In this document: positions 62,508 to 64,000 of the stretch, piece after piece
Layout of the letters: each line of letters opens with the position of its first letter
Numbering within the stretch: position 1 is the stretch's first letter
NCBI GenBank assembly: GCA_947469885.1
Contig: CANIQT010000004.1
Location: 111,794-175,793, forward strand
Source: Bacteroidota bacterium
GTDB taxonomy: Bacteria; Bacteroidota; Bacteroidia; 2-12-FULL-35-15
Direction: 5' to 3'
Length of the DNA stretch: 64,000 nucleotides
The notes under the pieces: model-generated
Seen by the model: only the letters and a program-made list of their open reading frames with translations
Database searches by the model: none
Told to the model about the DNA's origin: nothing
Program-made: the position numbers and the translations under genes

Positions 62508-62617
62508 CGAATTGATAAAATAAATTAAACCAAGGAATAAAATTATTTACATCATATTCGTTATTAGTGTAAATTCATTATTCGTTGGAAACAAAAAACA
62601 ATAAAACAATATACAAG

Positions 62618-63112
62618 ATGAAACTAAACGAAATTCAAGACCTGATAAAGTTTGTAGCTAAATCAGGCGTTAGCGAGGTGGAAGTGGAAACTAAGGATAT
62701 TAAAATTATCATTAAAACCCCTGCCGGAAAAGGAAAAGAGCAAGTGATGGTTCAGCAACCTGCGCCAATGGCACAAATGGTAGCTGCTCCAGTTGTTCAT
62801 CAAGTTGCTGCTCCTGTGGCAGAAACTAAAGCTCCTGAAACCAAACCAGTGGCAGTAGCTGATGATGCAAAATACGTAACCATCAAATCGCCAATGATTG
62901 GAACTTTTTATCGTTCGCCTAGTGCCGACAAACCACCATTTGTAAATGTGGGCGATGACATTGCTCCCGGACAAGCTGTATGTATTATTGAAGCCATGAA
63001 ATTGTTCAACGAAATAGAATCAGACATTAAAGGTAAAATAGTGAAAGTATTGGTGAACGATGCTACTCCGGTAGAGTATGACACACCTTTGTTTTTAGTG
63101 GACCCTTCATAG
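62618..63112 (+). CDS. accB: Biotin carboxyl carrier protein
   Basis: SPMIGTFY and EAMKLFNEI; ATG 62618 preferred over the TTG inside a repeat. Confidence 0.96.
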   Translation: MKLNEIQDLIKFVAKSGVSEVEVETKDIKIIIKTPAGKGKEQVMVQQPAPMAQMVAAPVVHQVAAPVAETKAPETKPVAVADDAKYVTIKSPMIGTFYRSPSADKPPFVNVGDDIAPGQAVCIIEAMKLFNEIESDIKGKIVKVLVNDATPVEYDTPLFLVDPS

Positions 63113-63237
63113 GTTGCCAATAAACTAATCAAAACGAATTTACGAAACCTAACAAATACACAATTTAGTAATTAGTTTTTATTCGTTTATTGGTAACTGG
63201 TTTTAGTAAATTAGTTTTTATTCGTTTATTCGTAACC
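63112..63237. mobile_element. 126-bp family X element (opposite orientation to 26417..26542)
   Basis: One forward plus two inverted 35-36-bp units. Confidence 0.7.
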
Positions 63238-63247
63238 ATAATAAAAT

Positions 63248-64000
63248 ATGTTTAAAAAAATATTAATAGCCAACCGTGGAGAAATAGCATTACGTATTAT
63301 TCGTACCTGCAAGGAAATGGGAATTCAAACAGTTGCTGTTTATTCCACTGCTGATAAAGAATCTCTTCACGTAAAATTTGCCGATGAAGCCGTTTGTATC
63401 GGTCCGCCTCCTTCCAAAGAATCTTACTTAAATATTCCAAGTATTATTTCTGCAGCCGAAATTACCAACTCTGATGCCATACATCCGGGCTATGGTTTTC
63501 TTTCGGAGAATGCAAAGTTTTCAAAAATATGTCAGGAACATGAAATAAAATTTATTGGGGCTTCGCCCGAAATGATTAATTCGATGGGCGACAAAGCATC
63601 AGCCAAAGCAACAATGATTGCAGCTGGGGTGCCTTGTGTTCCGGGTTCGGATGGACTTTTAGAAAGCGCAGCACAGGCCATTGAACTGGCACCTAAAGTG
63701 GGTTATCCTATAATTATAAAAGCTACTGCCGGTGGTGGTGGAAGAGGAATGCGCATTGTATGGAAACCTGAAGACATGGAGGCATTGTACGATTCGGCTT
63801 TTAAAGAAGCAGAAGCTGCTTTTGGAAATGGTGCGATGTACATGGAAAAATACATTGAAGAGCCCCGTCACATCGAAATTCAAATTGTTGGCGACCAATA
63901 CGGAAAAGCTTGCCATTTGTCAGAAAGAGATTGTTCTATTCAACGCAGGCATCAAAAATTGATGGAAGAAACGCCATCTCCTTTCATGACTGACGAACTT
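63248..64000 (+). CDS. accC: Biotin carboxylase, partial (runs off the right edge)
   Basis: [48 protein letters not shown]. Confidence 0.97.
   Translation, partial: MFKKILIANRGEIALRIIRTCKEMGIQTVAVYSTADKESLHVKFADEAVCIGPPPSKESYLNIPSIISAAEITNSDAIHPGYGFLSENAKFSKICQEHEIKFIGASPEMINSMGDKASAKATMIAAGVPCVPGSDGLLESAAQAIELAPKVGYPIIIKATAGGGGRGMRIVWKPEDMEALYDSAFKEAEAAFGNGAMYMEKYIEEPRHIEIQIVGDQYGKACHLSERDCSIQRRHQKLMEETPSPFMTDEL

Noticed and set aside
1-64000. tRNA, rRNA or riboswitch genes
   Set aside because: No cloverleaf, rRNA-like stretch or cobalamin-riboswitch core recognised by eye, including upstream of the B12-binding gene; an Infernal/Rfam scan would be decisive.

Overview
AT-rich chromosomal segment of a Bacteroidota bacterium (gldB/gldC, T9SS C-terminal domains, TAnnTTTG -7 promoters). 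Most genes are housekeeping: glycyl-tRNA ligase, nrdBA, the dut-TPR-EnvC cluster, tatA, gatA, DUF47-Pit, rbfA, murF-nadE, gldBC, sufSE, rimP-nusA-infB and yceD-rpmF-plsX-fabH-accB-accC. I found no rRNA, tRNA, CRISPR-cas, integrase or transposase. The main unexplained signal is a recurring module seen three times: an orphan signal-less gene (helical N-domain plus FN3/Ig-like C-domain) with a degenerate palindromic array of 21- or 42-bp period about 185-230 bp upstream. Two similar arrays have no such gene. Also notable: a 1012-codon T9SS tail-fibre/S74 gene interrupted by one in-frame TAG and one in-frame TGA, an unannotated 35-aa histone-H1-like peptide gene, two collagen-like proteins with cupredoxin-like ends, a Pit transporter with a large duplicated insertion, a secreted PHM-like copper monooxygenase, and several MITE/REP-like repeat families. 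All family assignments come from motif recognition by eye, not database searches.
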